The notes below the pieces were generated by a model, which saw only the letters and a list, made by a program, of their open reading frames with translations, was not told the origin of the DNA and did no database searches. DNA of 64,000 nucleotides, from NCBI RefSeq assembly GCF_009914755.1, contig NC_060927.1; one strand, written 5' to 3'. A program made the position numbers and the translations under genes. Position 1 is the first letter of the stretch. Each line of letters starts with the position of its first letter. The DNA comes from the human T2T-CHM13v2.0 reference genome, Homo sapiens. Positions 34,801 through 48,800 of the stretch are shown here, piece after piece.

Positions 34801-37800
34801 TGAAAAGTCGATACCTTTTGTAATAACTGCAAACTGAGAGTTGATCAAGGCTGAAAGAGATGTTAAGTAACAAATCACTAAATTCTTAGGAGCTCTAGGG
34901 TTGACTGACTTTCTTCTTCCTAACTTCATAAATTGCTAGAAAAATTTCAAATATATATAGATACAAATATATATGAATATATATATACACCCAGTTTTAG
35001 TGCCTGTTACACACTTAATTATTAGTTAAGCACAACCTAAAAGGTGAAAATCTGAAGTAAAATTCAAGATCAAATTTCTTCAAAATATTTCATGTTATAT
35101 AATATAGGGTACCCTCTGATTCTTCACTGTGATTATATATGAGCATGCAATGTCATAAAAAGCAAGTGTCATTAAATACTAATAGATTTTCCTTTAACCA
35201 ATAATCTATTCAATAGAATTAATACAAATATATTGAAAATAAACTGAATTTCTTATAGTATGTGTCACCCAAGGGCCTTTATAAAAGCAAATCTCTTAGA
35301 ACTAAATCTCTAAGTAAAAGAAAATATTTAAATAAATAGTGCCCACAGAATGATATGAATGGAATTCAACATGGGAAAGAATCCTTTTTTTGAGTTCTGA
35401 CACAGCGCCATGGAACGAACCTGGGTCAAGTTCCCCTAGAAAAAATAGAAAGGTGAGTAGTCGTGGCTGTGACTTAGAGTATGTGAAAGGATTAGATTAG
35501 GCCCATTTGCTACTAAATCATGCTGCAGTCCATACCCCAAACTTTAGACACTCACAGAGAAGGGGCCGTTTTTGTAACCCTAAATGTCAACCACCAGAAA
35601 TGTTACATCATATCCTAGGTTCTAACCAAATATAATTATTCACTCTCCTTGGGACATATGACCTGAATTCCCCATAAATCCTTCTCACATCTCCAGTGAC
35701 GTAAGTAATCTTTCCTACCTCTAAGTCTTCATGGGACTATATCTGAACTACACTTTTAGATTTACCATTTTCTACCTTTTTAATATTATTTTAGATATGG
35801 GTCTCCCCTATAAAACTGTAAGTTCCCTGAGGGCAGAGTCAAAGTCTTGTTTTCACAGCCTCGTGGTTCTAGCACCAGGCTCTTTCCACAGAAATTACAC
35901 ATGAAGGGCTAATGAAGAAATGTACAAGCCCTCACTTTGCAAATCACACTTCATTAATCACTAAAAAGAAAATGAGAAAAAAATCACCAGGAGAATCCTA
36001 AAAACTTATCGACCTTGTTATGTGAAATTGGATGAAATCTTCTGGGTCTCAGTGTCAATTACCAGTCACCCAGACCTATCTCAGGCTGGATTCGTTCTCC
36101 TGAAGTACTCCTGAAGGACTGTGGTTTTTTCCATGTTATTCCTCCCTTCCTCTTCCTCATTTTTTTCCTAAGTCCTCATTATAATTTTTTAAACCAATAA
36201 TACAACATAATCCAAGTATTTTTTTTGTTTGTTTTTACAAATTGAACTTTTCTTTTTTGATGATTTTGGGGTTTTTTTCTTTATTTATTAGCTTGTCTTT
36301 CCTTGCCTTTATCACAATAATATTTCACTTTACAAAGATCACTGACCTCATGGGAAGCAATCACTCTATTTTGAACTATAAGTGGAAAATAATATTACTA
36401 AATTGCATTATGGAGCTTCCTCTCAAATTACTGTTTCTTGGGAACTGAACATACACTGAGACTCTGTCTCTTCACCGGAACTGTTTTGATCCCAGCAAAG
36501 TGCTATAGGCCTCCATCCCACCCATTTTAAATTTGTTTGTGTAATACTTTCTACTTAGTGTCTTTGGCCCAGTATAATTGCTCTGACATTGGCAGACTGT
36601 GTGGGTGATCAATGGGCTGCTACCATTTAGTTTCCTATAGACTTTGATCCAAAGGACTTTAATTTGCTTTCCAGTTCCTCTCTGACTGTACATTTGTCCA
36701 CACTGGGGATTAATAACAAAGGGAAGCATCCTAAACCCTCTTTATACGATGAATTTACTGTGCATATAACATGTTAAAACAATAAACTGAAAATAAGAAA
36801 TTAAAAAAAAAATTAAGTCTGGCTAAGGTCAAGGGGTCACCCAATCCAGCATCTGTTTTTCCTCAAAGCATATTTCACCACTAAGAAAATATTCAAGATA
36901 TAGGAAATATCTTTCGAAGCTTGAATTACTTGTCTTTTCCATTTTTCAACTCAACTAGTAGCTGAAACACTATCCAGTTCCATTGGACGATTAGCTGATG
37001 GTTCAAATTATCTTTAGTATTCATACATGACCTTGTAATTTCTATTAGATCTTTCTCTACATCACTTAAATGTTTCAATTATGTATTAATTCCTTCTCAA
37101 AACTTTCCCATGAAAGGCTTCAAGTTAGGCATGGTTCTCATTTAAACTTGAAGAAATTAAGAAACAAAGCACTAGATAACTCAAAAATCTTTCTACCATA
37201 GGTAAGAAACAACAGTGCTGAAACTTGAGACAACGGCTGTTCTCGGTTGCTGATCTACCTTTTTTTTTTTTCACTTGATACTTTAAGATCGTTTCACCTT
37301 TTTTTGTGTCTTAGATTTTTTTACTACGCCAAACAGTACAGTAGTACATAACATGTATAGTTATCAAGAATATTGCCTCTGGAACTAGAACACCTAGATT
37401 CAAATCCTGGCCCCACTATTTAATGGCTTTAAGAGTTTAGGCAACTTATTAATTTCTCCACAGTTTATCCTCGGTGAACCATATTCCCTGGGGGTTTTCA
37501 TACAGCAACACAAACAATTTCAACTGGAATGTTAGTCTTATGTATTATTGAATAGGTATTATTGACCACCCCAAAGCTGGAATTTCCCACTTTCTTCAGA
37601 GGCTGCAAGCTTCCTGCCATGTAGTTCGGAAGCCTCTCCTTCCAAACACACAAACCTTTATCCATGTCCTTCCTTTTCCTCTTATTTTTGCTCACCCACA
37701 CCTAGAAATATGTATTCATTTCTTACACAGAATGGTTTCCCTTGAGGCATCACCTTCCACCTAGCAAAGCAGTTTATCACGTATTTTTTTAAGCAAGACC

Positions 37801-39443
37801 ATACTCTTCATAGTAGGAACTCTGATGTCAGTCAGTAAAATATTATTTTTTCTGTTACATTTATATAATGAGTTTCACCAAAAAAATTGGATTCAGTTAT
37901 ATACTTAATTTAATCTGTTTCACAAATATTTATCAAGTTCTTGGTAGAAGTTTTCAGGAAATTCAGACAACTCAATCATGGGTACTGCCCTGGAGAAATC
38001 TGGCTCTTTTTAGCCAGTACAAACAAATGGTCAAAAGGGTAAATGGTGTATAAGAAAGATAAAATGTTATCAGAGTTTAGACTTACATGAACTCCATATA
38101 AATAGGAATAGGAAAATGATGTAAAGAATTGCTAATTTCATGTTCAATTTTGAAATGGCTGATTGTAAATGAAACCACATAAACTATTTAGCAATACAAG
38201 GAGTACTAAAGGTCATGTCTCTTTTAAGGACTTTACAAATTGTTTTAACTTGAACTTCATACTCAGAGTAATAGCAGATAGCTTATAAAGAACTAAAGTT
38301 TTGCCATATATAAATTTCCTGCAATTCCTAGGGCATGTAAAGCATGTAAATAAGGCAAAATAATGATGGCTGTTTAAGCAAAATGTACATACTAAGAAAA
38401 AAGGCAAATATACATGCAAAGAAGTTGTTATCGTGTAAAAAATTATTAAATACAAAAATGTATAAGTTTTATATTTGTTAGGTAATTTGGTTTTTCATTA
38501 TTTTGGCAAAAAGATGATCAAAATGAAATGACTCTGCTAAATTAAGAGGACACCAAGAGGGGAAAAACAACTCTCTTGGTAATCAGCTTTAAGTAGAGAA
38601 CGATGGCCTGTGATTACACGGCAGAAAAAAAATGGAGCCATGTGAAGCACTACTAAAGCAAATTAGGTCATTAATCCTCTGACTATTGAAATAAACAACA
38701 TATCTAAGTGAGCTATCTATCAAAAAAAGTGATATCACCAATGGTTCTATGCAGATGTCTAAAGGAAGACTTTTAGATATTGAATTTATTTTTTCCCCAT
38801 GTTATCAGCTGTTGGCTTTTAGGATGTCCTTTCAGATGCAGAATGCCTCTGAAGGGTTTTAGAGGTAAATTTTTCATTAGGAATAGGCATCTTTTGTGCT
38901 ATAACAATTCTATCACATGGTTAATTAGAGTAAATACTTTCAACATTCAATACCTGTTTATTAAATGCCCACTCTATAAAGCCCTGTGCTAGGGGTTGGT
39001 TGGACTTTAGAGAACCAGATGGTCCTGGCCCTCCTAGAGCTCACTGTTTAGCAAAGAGGGGCCTACTTTCTTACTAAGCAGCTTTGTTTCTTTTTTGAAT
39101 GACTCTAAATACTATATTAGAATTCTTCTCTTAAACTAAAATCTGCCTCCTTAAAACTTTTATCCACATTATGCCTTCTGGAATCATGCAAAGTAAATTC
39201 AATCTGTCCTAAACCTGATCTTACAGGCAAAGAAGCTTTTGAAAGATTACTTCATTAAAGTCACTAAAAAACAAAGCTAATAGGACAAAGCTAAGTACAG
39301 GATCCTGCAGCCTACCATTAGTAAATTCATTCATAGTTGACATCATTTTCCACATCCTGAAAAAATTTTATGCAAAAACACATTCATTGTTAAAAAAATG
39401 GAAATACATAATAGTAAAAGAAAGGTTAAGGAAGATGGTACAT

Positions 39444-39562
39444 GCACACACAAAAGAGTAACAGTGAGGTGATGGATATGTTCATTTGTTTGACTGTAGT
39501 AATCATTTATGTCAAAATATTATGTTGTATACCTTAAATATATAGATATGTAAATATAATAA
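39444..39562 (+). mobile_element. Very short 5'-truncated L1MA 3' end
   Basis: 'gtgaggtgatggatatgtt...gtataccttaaatatata'; 16-bp TSD aag(g/a)aagatggtacat at 39428-39443 and 39563-39578. Confidence 0.75.
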
Positions 39563-39604
39563 AAGAAAGATGGTACATTAATTTTATGTAGTATTATGCA
39601 GTTA

Positions 39605-40161
39605 TGTCAGAGGCATGTGAACCAGAGCAACTCCATCTTGAATAGGAGCTGGGTAAAATGAGTCTGAAACCTACTGGGCTGCATTCCCAGACAGTTAATG
39701 CATTCTAAGTTACAGGATGAGACAGGAGGTCAGCACAAGATACAGGTCATGAACACCTTGCTAATAAAACAATTTGCAGTAAACAAGCCAGCTAAAACCC
39801 ACCAAAACCAAGAAAGTGATGAGAGTGACCTCTGGTCGTCCTCACTGCTACACTCCCACCAGTGCCATGACAGTTTGCAAATGCCATGGCAATGTCAGGA
39901 AGTTACCCTATATGGTCTAAAAAGGGAGGCATGAATACTCCACCCCTTGTTTAGCATATGATCAAAAAATACCCACAAAAATGGGCAACAAGCAGCCCTC
40001 AGGGCTGCCCTGTCTATGGAATAACCATTCTTTTATTCCCCTACTTTCTTAATAAACTTGCTTTTGCTTTGCACTGTGGACTCACCCTAAATTCTTTCTT
40101 GCATAAGATCCAAGAACCCTCTCTTGGGGTCTGTCTGGATCAGGACCCCTTTCCTATAACA
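39605..40161 (+). mobile_element. MER41 solo LTR (ERV1), MER41A-like
   Basis: TG...CA ends; 'tgtcagaggcatgtgaaccagagcaactccatcttgaatagg'; AATAAA; 4-bp TSD gtta; lacks the tandem GAS segment of MER41B. Confidence 0.92.
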
Positions 40162-40599
40162 GTTATTTCTATTTAACCAATGTTTACACAAGAGTATGTA
40201 AGATATAGGCTTTCACAGAGTAGAATATAAATTGGGGAAAAAAAACTCTGCAGAAACAGACTAGTTCCACTACAAAACCAGTAAAGTAATTTTTAGAGTC
40301 ATAAAACTAAAAGGACAAAGAATATGCAAAATAAGACAGCAGACAAGGGATGATAAAAATAAAATTTTGAATTTGAAAAATAATCAATTTAACAGAACAA
40401 CAACAAAAAAATGTGCCCGGGAAAGCCAAAATGTTAGCTGATTTAAAATGTATAATCCCAGAGAGGCTCAGAACCTGGATGTAATAATAAAGGTAGGGGT
40501 ACCGGTGAGACTGAAAACAGAAGGACTAGTTGGAATCTATCCATATGTATGTATACATACACACATATTTACTTTCATTGTCTTTTATTTTAAAAGATG

Positions 40600-41480
40600 A
40601 AAGGATAAACCAAAACATAAAAATGCCTTCAAAATTCTGAAGGAGAAATAGTCCCTACCTAGACTTCTATTCCTGAAAACTATTAATAAAAGTAAAGGTA
40701 AAATGAGGACATTTTCAGATATATAAAGTCTCAAAATTTTACTTCAGTGAATTATTTCTCAAAAAGCTACATAAGGATGTGTCGCACCAAAAGAAGAGAA
40801 TAAATCTAGAAATGGGAAAACGTGAAATCCAGAAAAAAAGGGGATCCAATACTGGAAAAAAGTAAAGATAATCCCTAGGATACCTATGAAGAAAAGTAAA
40901 TCCCAAGAAGCCAGCTGAGAAGCAGGTTCAGAGAGAAACTTATCCATTCTGGAGACTGAGGTCAGATGGCTCCAAAGATGTCGTCCAGATACATCACCAA
41001 GGAAAAGATGAAACTGAGGGATTGGCTTACATGAATGAATGACAAGCACTTTACTTAATAAAAAGTACATTAAAAACTAAGCAAATAAAAAAAAACTAGG
41101 CGAGTAAAAATGTTTTACAAGAAAGGAAATATGATCAGAGTACACTGAAGAGCTGGGCTGGAAATTATATTTATATAATAATCATAATAATATAGACATT
41201 AAATATTTAACAAAAATTATTACATAATATCAAAGAAAACAAAGTGAGTGTGGGTATGTTTTCAAGTGGTTGGGGGGATGGGTGGACAAGAGCAAATTCT
41301 CATCTTCCATTATAGCAAATCAATAGATCTGAAAAGTCAGGTAATCATAGTAAAAATAAATCTGTTATTATTAATACAAAAGTAAATTTCAAAAGAAACA
41401 GCTTAAACAATAAGAGTTACTTCTGGGATCCAAAGGGATAGGGTAAGTGACTGCTAATTTTCATTACAAACGTTGCAGAA
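40600..41480 (+). mobile_element. HAL1 / old L1 ORF1-like remnant
   Basis: 'aatgccttcaaaattctgaagg...gacattttcagat...gggatccaatac' is HAL1-like. Confidence 0.55.
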
Positions 41481-43558
41481 CTATTTGCCAAAATCTTTTT
41501 GAAATGATATTTGTATTTTTTTATCTAATCAATATTACATTTAAAAATGAACTCTAAATACATTACATAGAAGACCCAAAACATAAGGGCAAGAAATACA
41601 CACAAATGTCAGTAAAAATTATATTTAGATTATTTGTTTTGTTATACTTTTCTGGGTGATTCAAATTGTCTTTAATGAACATATGCAACTAATATGATAA
41701 AAATTTAAATAAAAAGAAACTAAGTTTGGCATAACTCGTTCTTTGAACACTTTATGTTTCCTAATATATAAGACATCTTTTTTCTATGGACACAAAGCTA
41801 CTCTTCAATATATCTTTTCCAGAATTCTTCTAGGAATATTTGTTAAATTCATAATTCTATTCCTAGAAAATATATTTCCCTACCCTCCACGTTTAATACA
41901 CACACACACCACCTTTTGATAATTGAAACAAGTATTATCTATCTCTGTATACTGTTCATCCTTGTTCTGCACGGTCCTTCAAAGATCACAAATAACTGGC
42001 CTGTGACCATAACCACAAGCCCTGTCAGTACCCTGGGATTAAGTTTAATTAAGACTCAGCATCTGAATTTAAAACAGCCCAGCACTCTCTTACCTATCTT
42101 TTCGCAGTAATCTAGAGTTGACTGTGTTTTCCATGCTGAGGACCCACCTTTTGATTAGGAGAGGTAACAATACTCATGTTAAATATTTAAATTCACACAA
42201 GATTTGAATTTTCCCTTCAAATTTAATTTAGATTATTAGATGAAGTCTGTTTATGAAGAAAGTTTCATTTTTAAAAAGTTTATCTAAGACCTTAAAATAT
42301 CAAATATAGCTTTATACTGTCTTTCACATTCACCCCCTTATCTCTCCTCCTGCCACTGCCTGAGCTCAGATTCTCATCGTGCTCCTCTGGATCACTAAAA
42401 TGGCCTTTAAACTGGTCTCCTGGGTGCCAGGATTTCCCTTTCCAGACAATTATCTGGAATTGAAACCCTACTCCAAATAGCTTTGTGTTTTCCTGCCGTT
42501 AGAGTCTTCCTTATGATGCTCAAATGGCTCTGATGCTTGAAAACCTCTTCCTCACTCCCAAAACTGTTAGTCAAAGTACTGGATCATTTTTCATGGCCCA
42601 ACTCCAATTCCAATTCTATGAACCATATCCAACTATTACCACTTAACATTATTCTCACTCTATAGCTATCGTCCCTCTGAAATATTTTGCGTACCTCTAT
42701 TATTGTTCTTATATCAAACTGTTTCAAATTAAATATATTTTTGCGTTTGACTAGTATAGTGCTTTACTATCAGTAGGAGTATAATTGTTGAATTAAATTT
42801 TAGCTCAACTGGCACCATGTTGGATCAAGTCAAAACTGCCTGATAATAACAAAAGTAAGACCTATTAGAAGACTGCTGAACTTGTAGCTATTGTAACTCT
42901 TATCTTTCCATAATATTTGTTTTATTTTTAAATTTATCTTATAAGCTTTTGGCAATTGTTTAAATTTCAAAATTACACTTATTATTTGGTTTAGAGAAAA
43001 TGTTGGTTCATGTGGGCACATTTATTTTCTTTGGCTCATTTTTGCTTCATATTGAAAACCTATTTTTTCTTATATCAAGATGAAAGAAAATTAATCTGTC
43101 CACTGAGGTGAATAATGCCTTAGATAAAGGACAAGTCAATGCCTGTAGAGCTATAAAATTCCATTGTTGCACTCCATTTCTTCATGGAACATTTGAGGGA
43201 AATAAACAGAAATTAGCTCAAAAGGGCTCCACCAATTTATCACATATTTTAGCATTTAATAAAAACTTGTAACTAGGAGAGTAAGCCATACTTTGAATTT
43301 CAGGTTATTTTTGCAAAACTGACCAGAACTCTATCACCAAAATACTAGTGAACAAAAAGCAAGGATTAGAATCAAGATTGCCAGTAATAATCCCAATAGT
43401 CATTTTAAAGCTGGGCTTCCTTAACGCTCCATGGAAAGGCCCTCTTTTCACTTCATGTATTGCTACGAAAATACAATATTTAAATGTGACAGACTTAATC
43501 CACTGAAAATTTTGCACATAAACTTATTAACAAGTAAAACTTTAATAAGAGGTTTCCT

Positions 43559-43843
43559 GGCTGGGGGCAGTGTCTCACACCTGTAATCCTAGCACTTTCA
43601 GAGGCTGAGGCAGGAGGACTGCTTGAGCCCAGGAGTTTGAGACGAGCCTAAGCAACATAGTGAGATAATTGTCTCTACAAAAAAAATTTAAAAATCATCA
43701 GAACATGTGGCACACACCTGCAGTCCCAGCTACATGGGAGGCTGGGGCAGGAGCCTGGGTGGTTGATGCTGCAGTGAGCCATGATTGTGCCACTGCACTC
43801 CAGCCTGAGCAAAAGGACAAGACCCTGCCTCAAAAAAAAAAAA
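43559..43843 (+). mobile_element. AluJ with a small right-arm deletion
   Basis: J diagnostics (gctgcagtgagccatgat); TSD aagaggtttcct / aaaaagtttcct. Confidence 0.88.
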
Positions 43844-43991
43844 AGTTTCCTGTAAAAGCTTAATTAAACTTAAAATGTAATTAAATTGTATTCTTTTATA
43901 TCCTCAAATAACAAACTATAATATGTATAGCATTATTCAAATGATTGGAATAATGTATGTTCAGAGCATCCTCAACTTTATTAATACATTA

Positions 43992-44103
43992 TGTATTAAT
44001 CAGAGTTCTCCAGAGAAACAGAACCAAGAACCAAGAAGACACACATATTACATATAGGATTGTTATATATAACCTCTTGGTGTAGGAGAGATGACAGATA
44101 GAT

Positions 44104-44150
<47 letters not shown>

Positions 44151-44572
44151 GATAGATAGAAGATAAATTTATTTTTAAAGAACTGGCTCACATAATTATG
44201 GGGGATGGAAGTCTAAAATCCAAAGGGCAGTCTGGCCAGCTGGAGAAAAACAAGAATTGATGTTGTAGTCTTGAATCTGAAATCTGTAGGGCAGGCCAGT
44301 AGGCAGCAAACTTAAGCAAGACTCCTTCAGGCAGCAAACTCAAGAAGAATTCCTTCTTCTCCAGGAAATGTCATTTTTTTATCTTAAGACCTTCAACTGA
44401 TTGGATGAGCCCCATTCACATTACGGAGCATAACCTGCTTTACTTAAGGTCAACTGATTATAAATGTTAATGACATCTACAAAATACCTTCACATCAACA
44501 TCTAGACTAATGTTTGACCAAAAAACTGTGCACATAGCCTAGCCAAGTTCTTAAATAAAATTAACTATCACA
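43992..44572 (-). mobile_element. MLT2 (ERVL) LTR
   Basis: 'tgtattaatcagagttctccagagaaacagaacc...aattaactatcaca'. Confidence 0.85.
44097..44160. repeat. (GATA)n tetranucleotide STR; 11 perfect units at 44104-44147
   Basis: Read directly from the sequence. Confidence 0.95.
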
Positions 44573-44574
44573 TG

Positions 44575-45260
44575 TTCAGTCAGCAAATATTTATTGAGCA
44601 CCTACCAGAATCTTGGTGCTATGCCAAGGTGCTAAGGGGGTCAGATAAAGGGCATCAAATTGAGCCACAGTAGTTGTGAATACCATTAGAATAAAGGTAA
44701 TGATTGGACAAAAATTAGAAGAATGAGTAAGAGTTAACTGAGCTAGGCAGAACAAAGAAGTGGGGAAAAGGCAAATGAGAAAGTGATCTTTATGAATAAA
44801 AGCCTCAGGTGCATTTGGTTTGGAGCAAAGAATGCAGGTGCTAACAATGCAGAAAATTGATCTGAATAAATGTTCAGACACCAGAACACAAAGGATTTGA
44901 TGTGTCAAGCCATAGCATCTGAACCATATCCTGAAGGCTACAGGAACTCATCTGAAACAAGTCAAGTTATACAATCAAATTGGCATGTTAGAAAAATAAC
45001 CTTGTCTATAGGACTAAGATTGCAGAATTGAGAAGGTGAGAATGGGGAATGACCATTTTGGAGAGTGATAGAAGATACATGAAAAAATTGTGAAGACCTA
45101 TAGCAGTGGGGTAAAAAGGAGCAGACAGAAAAGGAGATTATAGGAAGCAGAATCAGTAGGATGTAGTGACAAATTGATGTGGATTGAGGGAGACAGAGTC
45201 CTTTGTAGTGACTTCAGGTTTGGGGTGTAGATAAATGAGAGCATGTTAGTCCCATATTAT
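44575..45260. mobile_element. L2 fragment
   Basis: 'ttcagtcagcaaatatttattgagcacctac' L2 terminal motif. Confidence 0.65.
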
Positions 45261-45808
45261 AAACCTTAGTTAAAAAGGAAAAGCATGATGAGAAAGAAGG
45301 AATAAGGTGAAAAGGGGGAGAAAAGTGAAGAATACCTCAGCAGCTATGATGACATGTTTCTACATCACTAACAGATGGTGAAACAATTTCATAGATTTCT
45401 CCCTAATCTTCTGAAGTTCCTTATCCATGGCCAAACCAAGCTTTGTGCAGAACAAAACGGGTTTCCTAATAACAAAAGAAAAATTTTAGGGTAATTTTGG
45501 TCCTTAAAAAATGTATTTGCAAAAGAAATTACTGTGCTAAAGTTATCTTTGCCACCTCAAAAAAATGTACAAAACACTCCATAATTATAAATAAATTCGG
45601 TGATAAGTAAGGCAACAGTTAGCTTCCTGCCCAGAACTGGAAAACAACATTTTCCTCTATAATTAATAAAAACAACACATAATAAAACATATCAGAAACA
45701 TGCATAATTGTTTCAAACTCAAAAGTTTTATTATCAGATGCAAGAGGCCAAATATTACATTTCAATCAATGTCATCAGAACAAACTTAAAATAGAAAACA
45801 ATTTACAG

Positions 45809-48800
45809 GATTCAGACAAGACGGCTGACTAGATGCAGCCAGGGGGAACAGCTCCCAATGAGGGACCAGGATGACTGGCACACTTCTAACAGATCTTCAG
45901 AGGGAGGGCACTGAGAGTAGATGGAGGGAAGACACAGAAGCTGGGCTGAAGAAGGAGAAACATGAGGACTCGTTCCCAGTTCTAAAAGACTCCAGGGGAA
46001 TGAATGAGTTGAACTGGCAAGGAGCAACCCGCTCTCATCAAGGGCCCCTGGAATCCTGGCAGGAGATCTCTCGACTACCATGGACACTTCAGTTGGCAGG
46101 GAGAACTCCTTAGAGAAGTGGTGAGGCAGCAAGCCAGCCAATGCGGAGCCCAAAGGTTTTAGTGTAGGAGCATCTGTAATAGAGCATGGCCAGGGACAGC
46201 CATCCCTCTACACTCAACTTGCTCCCATAGGAGACTCTGGCCTTGGGGAACTGTTGGACTTGATCTCTGTGGGGTGGTCTTGCCCATCAGAGGAGGCCAG
46301 TCTGACCATAGTACCCCTTGGTCTGCTGGCTTCTCCTGAGGCCCCAGCCTGGCTGTGCCTGCTTGCTGTGCAGCCCTGGGTGTCCTGGAGGCCTGCATCA
46401 TAGCTCCTGTGCTGGTGGTACCTGACTAGCAGCAAGCTCCACCAGGGTGCCCCTGCAGCAACACAGTAGCCTGACCGCTCCTTCCCCTCACTGCAGCTTC
46501 CCCTCAGGCCCACAGCCACCCTCCATGTGGTTTTGCCTGTACGTGTATGTGTGGGTAGATTTTGCCTTCCCTGCCCTGCCAGCATGTGTGTGCTGCCCTG
46601 CCTCTGCTGCCAACAAGAGTACACTCTGCCCCCACGGTCCCGCCATTGCAGTCAGAGCCTTGGTGGGCACAAAGCCTGCCAGCCCTTCCCACACCAGTGA
46701 CCTGCCCCTGCCCGACCCTGCCACCAGAATGAAACTAGGCAAAGAGAACAGCAGACTCTCCCCTGCCCTGAATGGCCACAGAGGACACACACAGACCTGG
46801 GCCTGCCAGCACCCTGCCCCCATGCTAACACCACCACCAGAATGACCACCTGCACAGTCACCAAGGGGGGCCCCTTGTGTCCCCAGCCTCACTGCCTCCT
46901 CCACTGCTATGAATTCCCACATGGAGGCAGGCACTCTGGAATCCAGTAGCATCCTGCCACAGCCAACAAATGTGCACCCCACTGCATTGCCGCTGATGCT
47001 GGCACATGCAAACAAGGATGGATCCCAATGCTATCATCCTATGAAAGGCTTTGGCTGACACCACCCATTGGAGTGTAATGAGTAGCAGCTCAAGAGCACT
47101 TTGAACTCCCCAGCACAGTGAGCTCCAAACCTAGAGGAGCTAGAGAACAAAATTGGGGCCCAATATAAGTCCCCCAGTTACAACATGCAGTCCAGGAGTT
47201 GGGAGCTGAGATTTGGCCCCCTAAAATCTTCCAGAAACAAAGCTAGGTGACAAAACCCACCTTATACCACAATCAAACCCTCAAGGTCATCAAATGGGAT
47301 TAAAAAAAAAAACTCATCTAAAGGACAGAAACTTTAAAGATTGAAGGAACACCAACTCACAAAGATGAGACAGAACCAGTTCAAGAACTCTCACAACTCA
47401 AAAAGCCAGAGTGCCTTCTTTCCTCCAAATGACTGCACTACCTTTCCAGCAAGGCTTCTGAACCAGGTTGAGGTGGCTGAAATGACAAAAATAGTATTCA
47501 GCATATGAATAGGAAGGAAGATTATTAAGATACAGGAGTATCCAATGTTGAAACCCAATCCAAGGAAGCTAACAATCACAATAAAATGATATAGGAGCTG
47601 ACAGACAAAATAGCCAGTATAGAAATGAACACAACAGACCTGATAAAGCTGAATGAACACACTATGAGAGTTTCATAATGCAGTCACAAGTACTAGCAGC
47701 AGGATAGACCAACCTCAGGAAAGAATCTCAGAGCCTGAAGACTGGCTTTCTGAAACAAGACAGTCAGACAAGAATAAAGAAAAAGAAATGAAAAGGGACA
47801 AACAAAACCTCTGAGAAATATAGGATTACATAGAGACTAAATCTATGACTTACTGATGTCCCTGAAAGAGATGAAAAGAATGGAAACAACTTGGAGAACA
47901 TATTTCAGGATATCATCCATGAGAATTTCCTCAACCAAGCTAGAGAGGCCAACATTCAAATTCAGGAAATGCAGAGAAACCCAGTAAGATACTTCACAAG
48001 AAGATCATCCCCAACACACATAATAACAAGATTCTCCAAGGTTGAAATGAAAGAAAGAATGTTAAAGGCAGCTAGAGAGAAAGGCCTGGTCACCTACAAA
48101 GGAAATCTCATCAGATAAACAGCAAATCTCTCAGAAACCGTGTAAGCCAGAAGAAATTGGGGGCCAATATTCAACATTTTTAAAGCAAAAAAATTCCAAC
48201 CCAGAATTTCATATCCAGCCAAACTAAGCTTTATAAGTGAAAGAGAAATAAGATCCTTTTCAGACAAGCAAATGCTGAGAAAATTTTTACCACCACACCT
48301 GCCTTATAACAGCTCCTGAAGGAAGCATTAAATATGGAAAGACTGTTACCAGCCACTACAAAAACACACTTAAGTACACAGACCAGCAACACTATAAAGC
48401 AACCACACAAATAAGTCTGCATAATAACCAGCTAACATCATGATGACAGGATCAAATTCACACTTATCAATATTAATCTTGAATGTAAATAGACTAAATG
48501 CCCTAATTAAAAGGCACAGTGGCAAGCTAGATAAAGACCCAAGATGTAATGATATGCTGTCTTCAAGAGACCATCTCACATGCAATGATGACACACATAG
48601 GCTCAAAATAAAGGGATGGAAGAAAATCTGCCAAGTAAATGAAAATCAAAAAAAGTGGGGGTTGCAGTCCTAACTTCAGACAAAAAAGACTTTAAAACAA
48701 CAAAGATCAGAAAAGACAAAGAAAGGCATTACAAAATGGCAAAGGGTTCAATTCAACAAGAGGACCCAACTATTCTAAATGTATATGTACCCAACATAGG

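Noticed and set aside
45812-47064. Cluster of 60-175 aa ORFs
   Set aside because: GC-rich 5'UTR of an old L1; stop-poor by composition
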